The position numbers were made by a program, and so were the translations under genes. The notes below the pieces were generated by a model. That model saw only the letters and a program-made list of their open reading frames with translations, was not told the origin of the DNA and searched no databases. From a virus (lineage: Duplodnaviria; Caudoviricetes), in IMG/VR virus record IMGVR_UViG_3300037330_000002, positions 1 through 27,742 of that record: a stretch of 27,742 nucleotides of DNA; one strand, written 5' to 3'. Position 1 is the first letter of the stretch, and each line of letters begins with the position of its first letter. Shown piece after piece: positions 1 through 9,066 of this stretch.

Positions 1-48
1 TGATTCAGCCGCGCGGGTCTCGCACAAAAAGCGTTTTGTTTACCACTA

Positions 49-77
49 TTAACTTTCTCAGAAAACTAGGATACACT
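49..77 (+). promoter_or_regulatory. Putative sigma70-type promoter for the terminase genes (TTAACT-17-TACACT)
   Basis: TTAACT at 49-54 and TACACT at 72-77 with a 17-nt spacer, each 4/6 to consensus; ATG at 84 follows 6 nt after the -10 box. Confidence 0.35.
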
Positions 78-83
78 GTACGA

Positions 84-914
84 ATGGTAAAGAAACTGAT
101 AAGCCGGGCCGAGTTTGCTCGCCAAGCGGGAGTTACAGGCGCGGCCGTAACGAAGGCTTGCAATAATGCTTTGAAGCCTGCTTGTGACGGCAAGCGCATT
201 GACGCGGCGCACACACTTGCGGTTGATTACTTGGCTATGAAGGCGCGCGCTCAGACAGAACCACCCGCTACCGGCATCGACCCACTCTATGAACCAGTGG
301 TCAGATATTGCCAAGAACAAAACAAATGGACTAAGTCCGCCGTGCAAGCCGAGTTTAGGATCCCTTTTAACCGAGCGCGCAATATAATCGAGACTATGAA
401 AATAAATGGGCTGATAAATAAAGATCCTACTAATGTGGTCACGGCCTCGGCTATAAAACAACCGCACATTCGAGGCCCCGCAGCTGCAAAAGAAACTAAA
501 AAGAGATTAGCATACGAAGATGATCCGATACTTGAGATCCCCGAAGACATACAGGCCTTTGCGCATATGACACTGCGCGATTTAATTGATAAGTTCGGCA
601 CCGATACGCGCTTTGTGGATTGGCTTAGCGCCACGCAAAAAATAGAAGCCATTAACGAGAAGAGACTGAAAAACGCAACCACCGAGGGCGAGCTTGTTAG
701 TCGTAAGTTAATCCGTACAGGCATAATAGAACCTATAGACGCCTGCCATATAAAATTATTAACTGACGGCGCCAAGACGATAGCGCGCAGAGCCACCGCA
801 ATGCACTCAGCCAACAGGCCTATTGAGGATATAGAAAAATTTGTTGCGGACCAGATGAGCAGTTTTATCAGACCCGTAAAAGCGAAAGTCGCTAGGGCGA
901 TGCGCAATGCGTAG
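84..914 (+). CDS. Terminase small subunit (Nu1-like) with an internal FtsK gamma-like winged-helix domain
   Basis: Directly upstream of and overlapping the large terminase; N-terminal HTH (ISRAEFARQAGVTGAAVTKA); Nu1-like C-terminal helix (KIEAINEKRLKNATTEGELVSR); ATG 84 preferred over TTG 36. Confidence 0.8.
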   Translation: MVKKLISRAEFARQAGVTGAAVTKACNNALKPACDGKRIDAAHTLAVDYLAMKARAQTEPPATGIDPLYEPVVRYCQEQNKWTKSAVQAEFRIPFNRARNIIETMKINGLINKDPTNVVTASAIKQPHIRGPAAAKETKKRLAYEDDPILEIPEDIQAFAHMTLRDLIDKFGTDTRFVDWLSATQKIEAINEKRLKNATTEGELVSRKLIRTGIIEPIDACHIKLLTDGAKTIARRATAMHSANRPIEDIEKFVADQMSSFIRPVKAKVARAMRNA

Positions 915-2892
915 TATCGATAACATAGGCGCTGATTGGGTAATTTCAGAAGTCGAGGGGTTGACCGACGAGGTCATACACATATCGCCCAGCCAGTACA
1001 ACGAAGAAAATAGATACCTACCCGAATCGGTCACATCAATACCGGGTTTCATCCGCTACGACGTGAACCCGTTCATGCGCGAGATAGTTGACTGCTTTGA
1101 TGTGGATAGCCCAGTTCGAGAAGTCAATCTCAAAAAAGGCGTGCAAATAACATACTCTACTGTTCTGGAATCCGGCGCGCTGTATTTTATGGGCCACGTT
1201 AAAACGTTGCCTATCATGTATCTGACAGCGGACAAAGAACTGGCTAGCGCGCGAATAGAAAACAATTTTTTACCTATGCTCGCACACTCAGACCTAGGGC
1301 ACATAATACGTTCAAGCGACGAGGGAAACAGCCGAAAAACAGGTAAGACAGCCAACCATTTGCAATTTGAGGGTGGTGGGTATCTGGTCCCGTTTGGCGC
1401 AAAGAACGCTGACAAGATGCGATCATATTCTATCTGTGTAATGCTCAAAGATGAAATTGACGCCTGGCCGGATACGGTAGGCAAAGACGGCGACCCAGAT
1501 AAACTAAGCGACGGTCGTTGCAAAGGATATTGGGAGCGGCGCAAGATATTTAGAGGCTCTACTCCGCTCATTAAGGGTAGTTCTAAAATAGAAAAAGCGT
1601 ATCTTCGCGGCGACCAAAGAAAATATAACGTGAATTGTTTAAGTTGTGGTTTTGCTCAAGTGTTGAGGTGGAGTAGCCTTGACAAAGAGACAGGCATCAT
1701 CGGCGGATTTACGTGGGAGCTAGACGACGGTATTTTACTACTAGACTCAGTGCGATACCTTTGTCAGAAATGCGGACACCCACATCACGAGCATGACAAA
1801 GAAAGATTATTTTCAGAAGACCACGGCGCGAAATGGATTCCGACCGCGCGACCGGTTGAGCTTGGTATCCGCTCTTACCATTTGCCCGCGCTATATTCTC
1901 CTATTGGCATGGCGCCTTGGTACAGCTTAGTTGCGGATTATTTAGACTGCTATGATGTTGTCAACAAGAAAGTAAAAGACGTTGGACTATATCAAGTTTT
2001 TTACAACAACGTTCTGGCCGAGCCGTTCGAGATAATGGGCTCTAAAATTAGATTTGCTAGTGTGTCCGCGCACCGCAGGCCGGTATATAGACTGGGTCAA
2101 ATCCCGAACAACTACGCAGAGATGCATTCGGGTTCTAAAATTTTATTTCTAACTTGTTTAGTTGATGTTCACAAACAGAATTTAGCTGTATCTGTAATGG
2201 GCTGGTGTCGGGACACTAAGCCCTATGTTCTAGATTACTGGCGTTTTGAGACAGAGGGCAGTGATGACGACTGCGGCGAACTAACTAGCCCCGTCTGGGG
2301 CCGATTGCGAGAACTAATCGAAGAAAAAGAATATATCGCCGACGACGGAGTCAAGTATCGAATTGCAATAACGTTAATAGACTCTGGGTATTCTAATGAT
2401 ACAGTGACAACTTTTTGTTCGGATTATGCCTCTGGTGTTTACCCTATTCTTGGCCGCAATCGCACCGCTAAGAATCAAACGATAAAAGAATTTGCTGAGT
2501 TTACAACCCAGGCAGGTACGGTAGGTTACAGAATTTTAGTTGATCACTACAAGGACCGAATAGCCCCTGTACTACGGAGGGAATGGGAAGAGGGCGCGGG
2601 TGAACAAAAGAAATACCATTTTAACGCGCCGGTGGACATTACAGACAAGCAGCTAAAAGAATTAACCGTTGAAACTAGGCGCGAGCAAAAAGACGAAAAA
2701 GGAATAGTAACCTACTTTTGGCATAGGCCCGGAAACGCTCATAACGAGCTTTGGGATCTATTAGTCTATGGCCACGCTGCAGTTGAGATAATGGCGTGGG
2801 CTATTTGTATACAGCATTTTAAGCTAGAAACAATTGATTGGCCAACGTTCTGGGATTACATTGAAAATGAAAAACTTTACTACAGTACATAA
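907..2892 (+). CDS. Terminase large subunit, lambda GpA family
   Basis: 661 aa; NPFMREIVD motif, GpA-type Walker A (KKGVQITYST), Walker B (VMLKDEIDAW), GSTP motif, CxxC...CxxC (CLSC/CQKC), nuclease motifs VDVH, IDSGY and NELWDLLVY. Confidence 0.95.
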   Translation: MRSIDNIGADWVISEVEGLTDEVIHISPSQYNEENRYLPESVTSIPGFIRYDVNPFMREIVDCFDVDSPVREVNLKKGVQITYSTVLESGALYFMGHVKTLPIMYLTADKELASARIENNFLPMLAHSDLGHIIRSSDEGNSRKTGKTANHLQFEGGGYLVPFGAKNADKMRSYSICVMLKDEIDAWPDTVGKDGDPDKLSDGRCKGYWERRKIFRGSTPLIKGSSKIEKAYLRGDQRKYNVNCLSCGFAQVLRWSSLDKETGIIGGFTWELDDGILLLDSVRYLCQKCGHPHHEHDKERLFSEDHGAKWIPTARPVELGIRSYHLPALYSPIGMAPWYSLVADYLDCYDVVNKKVKDVGLYQVFYNNVLAEPFEIMGSKIRFASVSAHRRPVYRLGQIPNNYAEMHSGSKILFLTCLVDVHKQNLAVSVMGWCRDTKPYVLDYWRFETEGSDDDCGELTSPVWGRLRELIEEKEYIADDGVKYRIAITLIDSGYSNDTVTTFCSDYASGVYPILGRNRTAKNQTIKEFAEFTTQAGTVGYRILVDHYKDRIAPVLRREWEEGAGEQKKYHFNAPVDITDKQLKELTVETRREQKDEKGIVTYFWHRPGNAHNELWDLLVYGHAAVEIMAWAICIQHFKLETIDWPTFWDYIENEKLYYST

Positions 2893-2955
2893 ATACGTAT
2901 ACTGTAATTCTACAGATTTAATTTTATTCAATCAAATCACGGGGCCGGTCATGTA

Positions 2956-3204
2956 ATGGAACGTACTTTTTTACAGGGCAGAATAGACGCAACCAAGTTA
3001 ATGATAGTTGCTTACGAAGACGCTTTGTTAGCGCTGGGTAATGGCGTGCAATCCTATACGCTCGACACAGGCCAGAGCCGTCAGACGGTCACTAAACTAG
3101 ATTTAAGCGCGCTTAATAAGACATTAGATTCTTTGTATAATCGATGCGCTACTTTAGAAGCCAGGTTGAGTGGTGGCGCGGTAATAGTGAGGCCGGGATG
3201 GTAA
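2956..3204 (+). CDS. Head-tail joining / head completion protein (gpW-like)
   Basis: 82 aa between terminase and portal; helix-hairpin-helix pattern (ALLAL..GVQSYTLDTG..RQTVTKLDLSAL) typical of gpW-position proteins. Confidence 0.75.
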   Translation: MERTFLQGRIDATKLMIVAYEDALLALGNGVQSYTLDTGQSRQTVTKLDLSALNKTLDSLYNRCATLEARLSGGAVIVRPGW

Positions 3205-4871
3205 GTAAAAAACCACATTATAAGCTAGCAAGCGACGGCACTTTTGAACACGTTTCGGGGCCGACGCCTTTGTCCGTCGACAACTTGAACCCGTCAGCCT
3301 ATGCGGGACAAAATTCGCCTTCTCCTTACGAAGATTCTATTTTCGACGGGGGTAAATTTTCTGGCGGTTTTGGCATAACGCAGATACACCAGGTAGACTA
3401 TTGGACCCTGCGCGCGCGCTCGGCTCAGTTGTTCACAGAGAATCTATATGCTCGCGGCATTGTACGACGGCTAGTTACTAACGAAATAAACACGGGTTTA
3501 AGTCCCGAGTCCTGCCCGGATGAAAGTATCATCGGTGTCGCAGAGGAGAGTCTTAACGAATGGTCGGAGACCACAGAAAACCGTTTTGGTATCTGGGGAA
3601 AAGGGCCAACACTATGTGATTTTAAAAAGAAGTCAACCTTCGGCGCTATTCAGCGCACCGCTCGACTAGAAGCATTAGTCAGTGGTGACGTGCTTGTCGT
3701 TATTCGCCAATCACCACAAACAAAATTACCCATGATCCAATTGATAAGCGGCAGCAAAGTACGAACGCCGCTGGGCGATTATGGATCGCTTCGCAATGGT
3801 CACAAGATACGCCACGGCGTTGAGCTTGACGGCTTAGGTCGCGTAGTAGCGCACTGGATAAATCAAGATGACGGTTCAACTAAAAGAATTGCGGCGGAGT
3901 CCGAACGCTCGGGGCGTAAAATATCATGGCTAATATACGGCACTGATAAACGACTCGACGAACTACGCGGGCAACCGTTGCTAGCTATCGTCATGCAGTC
4001 ACTAAAAGAAATCGACAGATACCGGGATTCTACCCAGCGCAAAGCGTTGAACAATTCGATGCTTGCTATGTTTATTAGAAAAACAGAGGACAAGATGGGA
4101 ACGCTACCTGTCACCGGAGGCGCAGTGCGCAGAGGGACCGCTCAAGTAACCGAATCGGACGGGACTAAACGCCGATTTAATGTTGCGGACCAGATACCCG
4201 GCGTTGTGATGGAAGAACTACAGACCGGCGAGGAACCTGTTTTGCTCGGTGGCCAAGGCACAGACTTAAACTTCGGCCAATTTGAAGAGGCGATAATACA
4301 ATCAATAGCGTGGGCTTTAGAAATACCGCCTGAGGTGCTGCGGCTATCGTTTTCAAATAATTACAGCGCGAGCCAAGCAGCAATCAATGAATTTAAAATA
4401 GCAATCAATAGAACGTGGGGCGACTTCGGAGAAACATTCTGCAGCCCCATTTACATAGATTGGCTAATTAGCGAAACCCTGTTACAAAAAATTAACGCGC
4501 CGGGATTTTTGCAAGCGTTTAGAACACCAAGCGAATACGACATATTCGGCGCGTGGACTTTGACAGAATGGTATGGGTCCATAAAACCATCAACAGATAT
4601 GCTCAAGCAAGCAAAAGGATCTAAAATACTTGTGGAGGAAGGCTGGTCGACAAACGCGCGCGAGGCTCGAATAACTACGGGTACTAAATTTAGCAAAAAC
4701 ATAAAACGCTTAAAGCGCGAGAACGAACTGAAAGTTCAAGCAGCTAGACCGATGGCAGAATTCAGACAGGAGTTCGGCGAAGAAGAAGCCGAATCCGCTT
4801 TATCTGCAGCGGACAGCATGGGAGAAATCGAGGCAATGCTTGAAGATAAACAGGCTCGCAATGATAGCTAA
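3198..4871 (+). CDS. Portal protein, lambda family
   Basis: LRARSAQLFTENLYARG, IRHGVELDGLGRVVAHWI, RGQPLLA and NYSASQAA motifs; ATG 3198 with GAGG upstream preferred over 3144. Confidence 0.93.
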   Translation: MVSKKPHYKLASDGTFEHVSGPTPLSVDNLNPSAYAGQNSPSPYEDSIFDGGKFSGGFGITQIHQVDYWTLRARSAQLFTENLYARGIVRRLVTNEINTGLSPESCPDESIIGVAEESLNEWSETTENRFGIWGKGPTLCDFKKKSTFGAIQRTARLEALVSGDVLVVIRQSPQTKLPMIQLISGSKVRTPLGDYGSLRNGHKIRHGVELDGLGRVVAHWINQDDGSTKRIAAESERSGRKISWLIYGTDKRLDELRGQPLLAIVMQSLKEIDRYRDSTQRKALNNSMLAMFIRKTEDKMGTLPVTGGAVRRGTAQVTESDGTKRRFNVADQIPGVVMEELQTGEEPVLLGGQGTDLNFGQFEEAIIQSIAWALEIPPEVLRLSFSNNYSASQAAINEFKIAINRTWGDFGETFCSPIYIDWLISETLLQKINAPGFLQAFRTPSEYDIFGAWTLTEWYGSIKPSTDMLKQAKGSKILVEEGWSTNAREARITTGTKFSKNIKRLKRENELKVQAARPMAEFRQEFGEEEAESALSAADSMGEIEAMLEDKQARNDS

Positions 4872-4884
4872 GCAAGCAAAGATT

Positions 4885-4913
4885 TTGACGAGTGCTAAAA
4901 TAAAAGCTAATAT
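4885..4913 (+). promoter_or_regulatory. Putative sigma70 promoter for the protease-decoration-capsid unit (TTGACG-17-TAATAT)
   Basis: TTGACG at 4885-4890 (5/6), 17-nt spacer, TAATAT at 4908-4913 (4/6), in an intergenic gap and followed by a GAGGA RBS. Confidence 0.6.
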
Positions 4914-4937
4914 GCAAAGAACAAGAGGATCATTTTT

Positions 4938-6107
4938 ATGTGGTTATTAGAAGCTGGCGTCCGCCAAGCCATGCAAGTGGCCGAAAAATCGGGCTTTAAA
5001 TTTACAGCAAAACAGCAAGCGCAATTCGATGCTCGGTTTAGCACTGAGAACGTTTCAAGCGGTAACAATAGGCTATTAACTGTTGCGGGTGATAACGCGC
5101 AAATATCAGTCAAAGGCGTAATGACTCAAGAGCCCAGCTTTATGGCCATGATATTCGGCGGCGGTAACACAACTTACCCGGAGATCATAGCAGCCATTGA
5201 TACAGCGGAGCGTGACGACTCGGTCACCAATATTGTATACGAGATTGATAGTCCTGGCGGTGGGTTCGATGGCCTGTTTAATATGCTGGCCGCTATGCAG
5301 TCCGCTAGAAAACCAAGTAAAGCAATAATTTCTAACGTGGGGGCTTCTGCCGCTTTTGCTATGGCTACGCAAGCTGACGAAGTTGTCGCGTCTAATATTG
5401 CGGCTCGAATTGGTAGCGTTGGCGTCGTGGCGACATTTTACGACGATGAAAACGAAATCAGTATTACCAGCACGGACGCCCCCAAAAAGCGCCCTAATGT
5501 GCGCACAGATGAAGGGATAGCCATGGTTCGCGAAGAACTTGACGCTATGCACGAAATTTTTGTTGATGCCATCGCTCAAGGCCGGGGCACAACAGCCGAG
5601 AAAGTTAACACAGATTTTGGCAGAGGCGGAACCGTCTTAGCTAACGAAGCAGTGAAACGCGGTATGATTGACGCCGTGGCGACCAGTTCGCCAAAGGCAG
5701 TTAAAACTATCAAAACCACAACCACAACCACCGCCAACAGCGGGAATCAACCGGAGGCCACTAAAATGGACCTTAAAGATCTAAAATCCCAGCACCCCGA
5801 AACATTCGCGGCGGCGGTGCAGCAGGGCGCAACAGAAGAACGCGACCGGGTCACAGCGCATTTAGTCATGGGCGAGAGCTCAGGTGATATTAAAACCGCT
5901 AGTGAGTCAATTAAAAACGGCGCGAGTATGACAGCAACTTTGTCCGCAACGTATATGACTTTCGGCATGAATCGCTCAGACGTGAATAAAAGAGATAGGG
6001 ACAATCTCGAAGCTAACGCGGGTGATGCAGCAAACACCGAGAGTAACGATGATAAGGGCGGCGACGTGGCTAGCTTCATCGAAGCCCGTCTCGGTTTAGG
6101 AGTATAA
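4938..6107 (+). CDS. Head maturation protease, S49 family (lambda gpC-like), with scaffold C-terminus
   Basis: EIDSPGG, GASAAFAMA and IGSVGV motifs; A(V)KRGMIDAV end of the protease domain; located between portal and capsid genes. Confidence 0.92.
   Translation: MWLLEAGVRQAMQVAEKSGFKFTAKQQAQFDARFSTENVSSGNNRLLTVAGDNAQISVKGVMTQEPSFMAMIFGGGNTTYPEIIAAIDTAERDDSVTNIVYEIDSPGGGFDGLFNMLAAMQSARKPSKAIISNVGASAAFAMATQADEVVASNIAARIGSVGVVATFYDDENEISITSTDAPKKRPNVRTDEGIAMVREELDAMHEIFVDAIAQGRGTTAEKVNTDFGRGGTVLANEAVKRGMIDAVATSSPKAVKTIKTTTTTTANSGNQPEATKMDLKDLKSQHPETFAAAVQQGATEERDRVTAHLVMGESSGDIKTASESIKNGASMTATLSATYMTFGMNRSDVNKRDRDNLEANAGDAANTESNDDKGGDVASFIEARLGLGV
5766..6107 (+). CDS. Nested in-frame scaffolding protein (lambda Nu3-like), 113 aa
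   Basis: GGAGG at 5753-5757, 8 nt before an in-frame ATG at 5766 (MDLKDLKSQHPE), right after a Thr-rich linker. Confidence 0.7.
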   Translation: MDLKDLKSQHPETFAAAVQQGATEERDRVTAHLVMGESSGDIKTASESIKNGASMTATLSATYMTFGMNRSDVNKRDRDNLEANAGDAANTESNDDKGGDVASFIEARLGLGV

Positions 6108-6111
6108 CATC

Positions 6112-6513
6112 ATGGCTAATATTACTATTACCGATGTTGACCTAGGCAGTGTGATCTTAGAAGATGCGCAGTTTAGTAACGAGCCGCTTACTTTTGCAGG
6201 TGTTGCCACTGTATTAGAGGGCACTATTTTAGCGCGCAGTTCCTCTACCTCAAAACTAGTTCCGTTTGTTAAGGGTGGAACAACCAACGGCAACGGCATA
6301 CCTAAAGCGGTGCTAACCTACCCGGTTACGTCCACAGGTGCGGGCGATGTGCCGGTACGTGTGATGGTGTCGGGTTCGGTCCGTTCAGGCCGGTTAATTA
6401 TTAACGCCGACGGCGACAACTCTAACGTAGACGCTGCAGTACTAGATCAGCTACGCGACTATTCTTTAATCTCAATCGATGTTCAAGAGCTAAATACTCT
6501 TGATAATCGCTAA
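6112..6513 (+). CDS. Head decoration protein (lambda gpD-like)
   Basis: 133 aa, beta-rich (GTILAR...KLVPF...PKAVL), between protease and capsid gene; AGGAG RBS. Confidence 0.8.
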   Translation: MANITITDVDLGSVILEDAQFSNEPLTFAGVATVLEGTILARSSSTSKLVPFVKGGTTNGNGIPKAVLTYPVTSTGAGDVPVRVMVSGSVRSGRLIINADGDNSNVDAAVLDQLRDYSLISIDVQELNTLDNR

Positions 6514-6528
6514 ATAGGAGCGCATAAA

Positions 6529-7626
6529 ATGAGCGGTTCAACTACTAAACGTATGCTAGCGGCGTACATGTCAATGGCACAACCAATGCTGTTTTTGTCG
6601 GGATTCTTTCAGAGCCCGCCTGAAAACTTTCATACTACCGAAGAGGTGGAGATTGATATTGTCCGTTGCGACGAAGATATCTCAATCGTTATTCAAGACT
6701 TGAGCACGGGTTATCGAATGAATGCGGAAGACCTCTATACTAATAAAGGTTTTAAACCGCCAATTCACAAAGAAGCAATTCCGCTCAACTCGTTTGATTT
6801 AATTAAACGTATGCCGGGGCAAAATCCGTTTGAGGCGCCGGACTTTAGAGCTAACGTAATTTTACGTTTGTTCAACGGCATTACTAAGATTGAACGAAAA
6901 ATTAGGCGCTCGGTAGAGCTACAAGCGTCGCAAGTTTTGCAGACTGGCGAACTAACGCTAACAGACTCCGCCGGGGTTGCGCTTTATACACTAGATTATA
7001 AGCCTAAAGCCTCGCATTTTCCAACAGCTGGAACCTCGTGGGCTACTGCTACAGGCGCGGAAATGATTGGCGATATTGAGGAGTTAGCCGAAGCAATTCG
7101 TAATGATGGATTACTTGACCCCGATCAGATAATCATGGGCGCGGTTGCGTTTGAGAAGTTCATTTCTAATGCGGACGTGCAGAAGCGATATGATATTAGA
7201 CGTATTGATTTAGGTACTATCGCACCCATGCAAATCCGCGGCGGCGGCGGTAACTATCGCGGAATGATTGAAATCGGAAATTATAGCTTTGATTTGTGGA
7301 CTTATGGCGGGCGCTACACTAATCCGTCGGACGGTGTCAAGACTCAATTTATTGATCCAGGCAATGTTGTTGTGCGTGCTTCTCAAGGACGAATGGACGC
7401 AACGTTTGGCGCGATCCCGAACATTGGAACGCTAGTCGGCGGTCAATCGACTAACTTATTACCAGAGCTGCCGGGTCGTTTAAGTAACTCAGCTGGCGGA
7501 ATGGATTTGTTCACTAACGCATGGCTGACAAATGACGGCGAGCAATTGTATGGTGGCGTAGGTGCAAGACCACTTATGATCCCAACTGCAATTGATACCT
7601 ACGGCTGTTTAATTACTCAGCTTTAA
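6529..7626 (+). CDS. Major capsid protein (lambda gpE family)
   Basis: 365 aa; FLSGFF, TEEVEIDI, FKPPIHKE, RRSVELQASQVLQTG and ARPLMIP motifs; AGGAG RBS; followed by a terminator. Confidence 0.92.
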   Translation: MSGSTTKRMLAAYMSMAQPMLFLSGFFQSPPENFHTTEEVEIDIVRCDEDISIVIQDLSTGYRMNAEDLYTNKGFKPPIHKEAIPLNSFDLIKRMPGQNPFEAPDFRANVILRLFNGITKIERKIRRSVELQASQVLQTGELTLTDSAGVALYTLDYKPKASHFPTAGTSWATATGAEMIGDIEELAEAIRNDGLLDPDQIIMGAVAFEKFISNADVQKRYDIRRIDLGTIAPMQIRGGGGNYRGMIEIGNYSFDLWTYGGRYTNPSDGVKTQFIDPGNVVVRASQGRMDATFGAIPNIGTLVGGQSTNLLPELPGRLSNSAGGMDLFTNAWLTNDGEQLYGGVGARPLMIPTAIDTYGCLITQL

Positions 7627-7639
7627 AATAAACTAATTA

Positions 7640-7664
7640 CTCGGGGTTCGCCCCGAGCCTTTTT
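7640..7664 (+). terminator. Intrinsic terminator after the capsid gene
   Basis: CTCGGGG-TTCG-CCCCGAG perfect 7-bp stem followed by CC and TTTTT. Confidence 0.85.
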
Positions 7665-7684
7665 ATAAATAGGGAATAAATATC

Positions 7685-7996
7685 ATGGCCAGTAATAAAG
7701 AATTAAACTTTGCTATCGCGGCAATTTGCGCGGAGCTAAAAATGGAAACGCCGGAAACAAAAGACTTAAACAACAGCCAATTGTCTAGCCTTCTAAAAGA
7801 TTTTAAAGCGCAGCAACCCGAAAAGCCAGACGACGAGACCGCAGAAGAAACAGGCTTTAAAGTTATGCCTCGAAAAGCAATAACAACTAAGCGCGGGATT
7901 ATAGCTGCAGGCGAAAAGATTGAAGCGAAAGATCTATCCGGTGGCGAAGTAGCGTTTAAAGCGTTCATAAAATCTAAGCACATTGGCAGAGCCTAA
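7685..7996 (+). CDS. Hypothetical protein at the gpFI-like position (packaging accessory?)
   Basis: 103 aa ORF with AGGG RBS after the capsid gene; function inferred only from position. Confidence 0.55.
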   Translation: MASNKELNFAIAAICAELKMETPETKDLNNSQLSSLLKDFKAQQPEKPDDETAEETGFKVMPRKAITTKRGIIAAGEKIEAKDLSGGEVAFKAFIKSKHIGRA

Positions 7997-7998
7997 AA

Positions 7999-8382
7999 AT
8001 GGGACTTCGCGAATTAGCCGAAGCGGACCTCGGACTTATCCTAGAAGATAAGGACCGAGGCTTTGGTTACGACATTATTTTGACCGACCCAGCGGGAACA
8101 GTCAGAGCACTTACGGGTTTTTCAGACGATATAGCGCAGATTATCGACCCTGATACTGGAATAGCCGTAAGTGGACGCCTCGCGTCAGTAGCACTAAGAA
8201 CCAGTTCAATTATTGCCGCAGGGCTAACATTGCCGCGCGGGATAGCAGACGCAGGGATAAAACCTTGGCTTGTACAATTTAACGACATTAACGGCAACCC
8301 GTTCACGTTCAAGGTTTCACAATCGAACCCCGACAGAGCGCTGGGGTTAGTTACATTAATGTTAGAGTTATACGTGGTATGA
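7999..8382 (+). CDS. Putative head-tail joining / closure protein (gpFII-like)
   Basis: 127 aa, beta-rich, in the neck region, tightly coupled to neighbouring genes. Confidence 0.6.
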   Translation: MGLRELAEADLGLILEDKDRGFGYDIILTDPAGTVRALTGFSDDIAQIIDPDTGIAVSGRLASVALRTSSIIAAGLTLPRGIADAGIKPWLVQFNDINGNPFTFKVSQSNPDRALGLVTLMLELYVV

Positions 8383-9050
8383 CCATATCAACGCTAATAG
8401 ACAAACAAGATACTTTTGAGATAGTTCGCGACCGGATAGCGGCGATACTTACGACCGAGATAGCTAGCCAGATGCAGCTCGCAACAGATGCGGGAAAAGA
8501 TCCGAATGATTGGAAACTGCGCATATTTACAGAGCGTTCGAATCCGTGGGAAGAGTTCCTCAACGAGCCCGTTGACATAAGCCCGCTCGTTAATGTGTGG
8601 TTTGATAATTCAGGATTTGACCCAAGTAAAAGCAACGTAGTAGAACGCCAAGCGTCCGAAACAGTTTACAACATAGATTGCTACGGTTACGGAAGGAGTC
8701 GCGACGATGGCGCAACGGGACACATACCTGGCGACAGGGAAGCTTCTTTTGAAGTTCAAAGAGCGCTTAGGCTAGTACGCAATATATTAATGTCAGCGGA
8801 ATACACTTATTTAGCATTACGCGGAACAGTGTGGCATCGTATGCCCCAATCAATAACCGCGTTTCAACCTCAACTTGACGCAAGACAAATGCAACAAATA
8901 GTAGGCGCTCGACTTGCGTTTCGTGTAATATTTAATGAGTTCTCGCCACAAGTTGAACCTGTGGACTTGGAACTTTTATCGGTAGACGTAATTAGAACAG
9001 AGGACGGCGAGATCGTTCTGGAAGCTGACTACGATTATACAGCGCCATAA
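8379..9050 (+). CDS. Putative tail completion / terminator protein
   Basis: 223 aa immediately before the sheath gene; ATGA overlap; PLVNVWF...YNIDCY pattern resembling tail terminator folds. Confidence 0.6.
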   Translation: MTISTLIDKQDTFEIVRDRIAAILTTEIASQMQLATDAGKDPNDWKLRIFTERSNPWEEFLNEPVDISPLVNVWFDNSGFDPSKSNVVERQASETVYNIDCYGYGRSRDDGATGHIPGDREASFEVQRALRLVRNILMSAEYTYLALRGTVWHRMPQSITAFQPQLDARQMQQIVGARLAFRVIFNEFSPQVEPVDLELLSVDVIRTEDGEIVLEADYDYTAP

Positions 9051-9066
9051 ATTAGGAGATCATCCA

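Noticed and set aside
1-48. Possible cos site upstream of terS (GCCGCGCGGGTCTC)
   Set aside because: Position fits lambda-type phages, but there is no clear cosN symmetry or R-site repeat and the window edge removes context; read-terminus data are needed
36-83. TTG start at 36 for terS
   Set aside because: No RBS; ATG 84 places the HTH at the N-terminus as in Nu1-like proteins
66-1571. Long antisense ORFs over the terminase genes
   Set aside because: Shadows of well-supported + strand genes with no recognisable motifs
3144-3197. N-terminal extension of the portal ORF
   Set aside because: Lies inside gpW; ATG 3198 has an RBS and a typical short overlap
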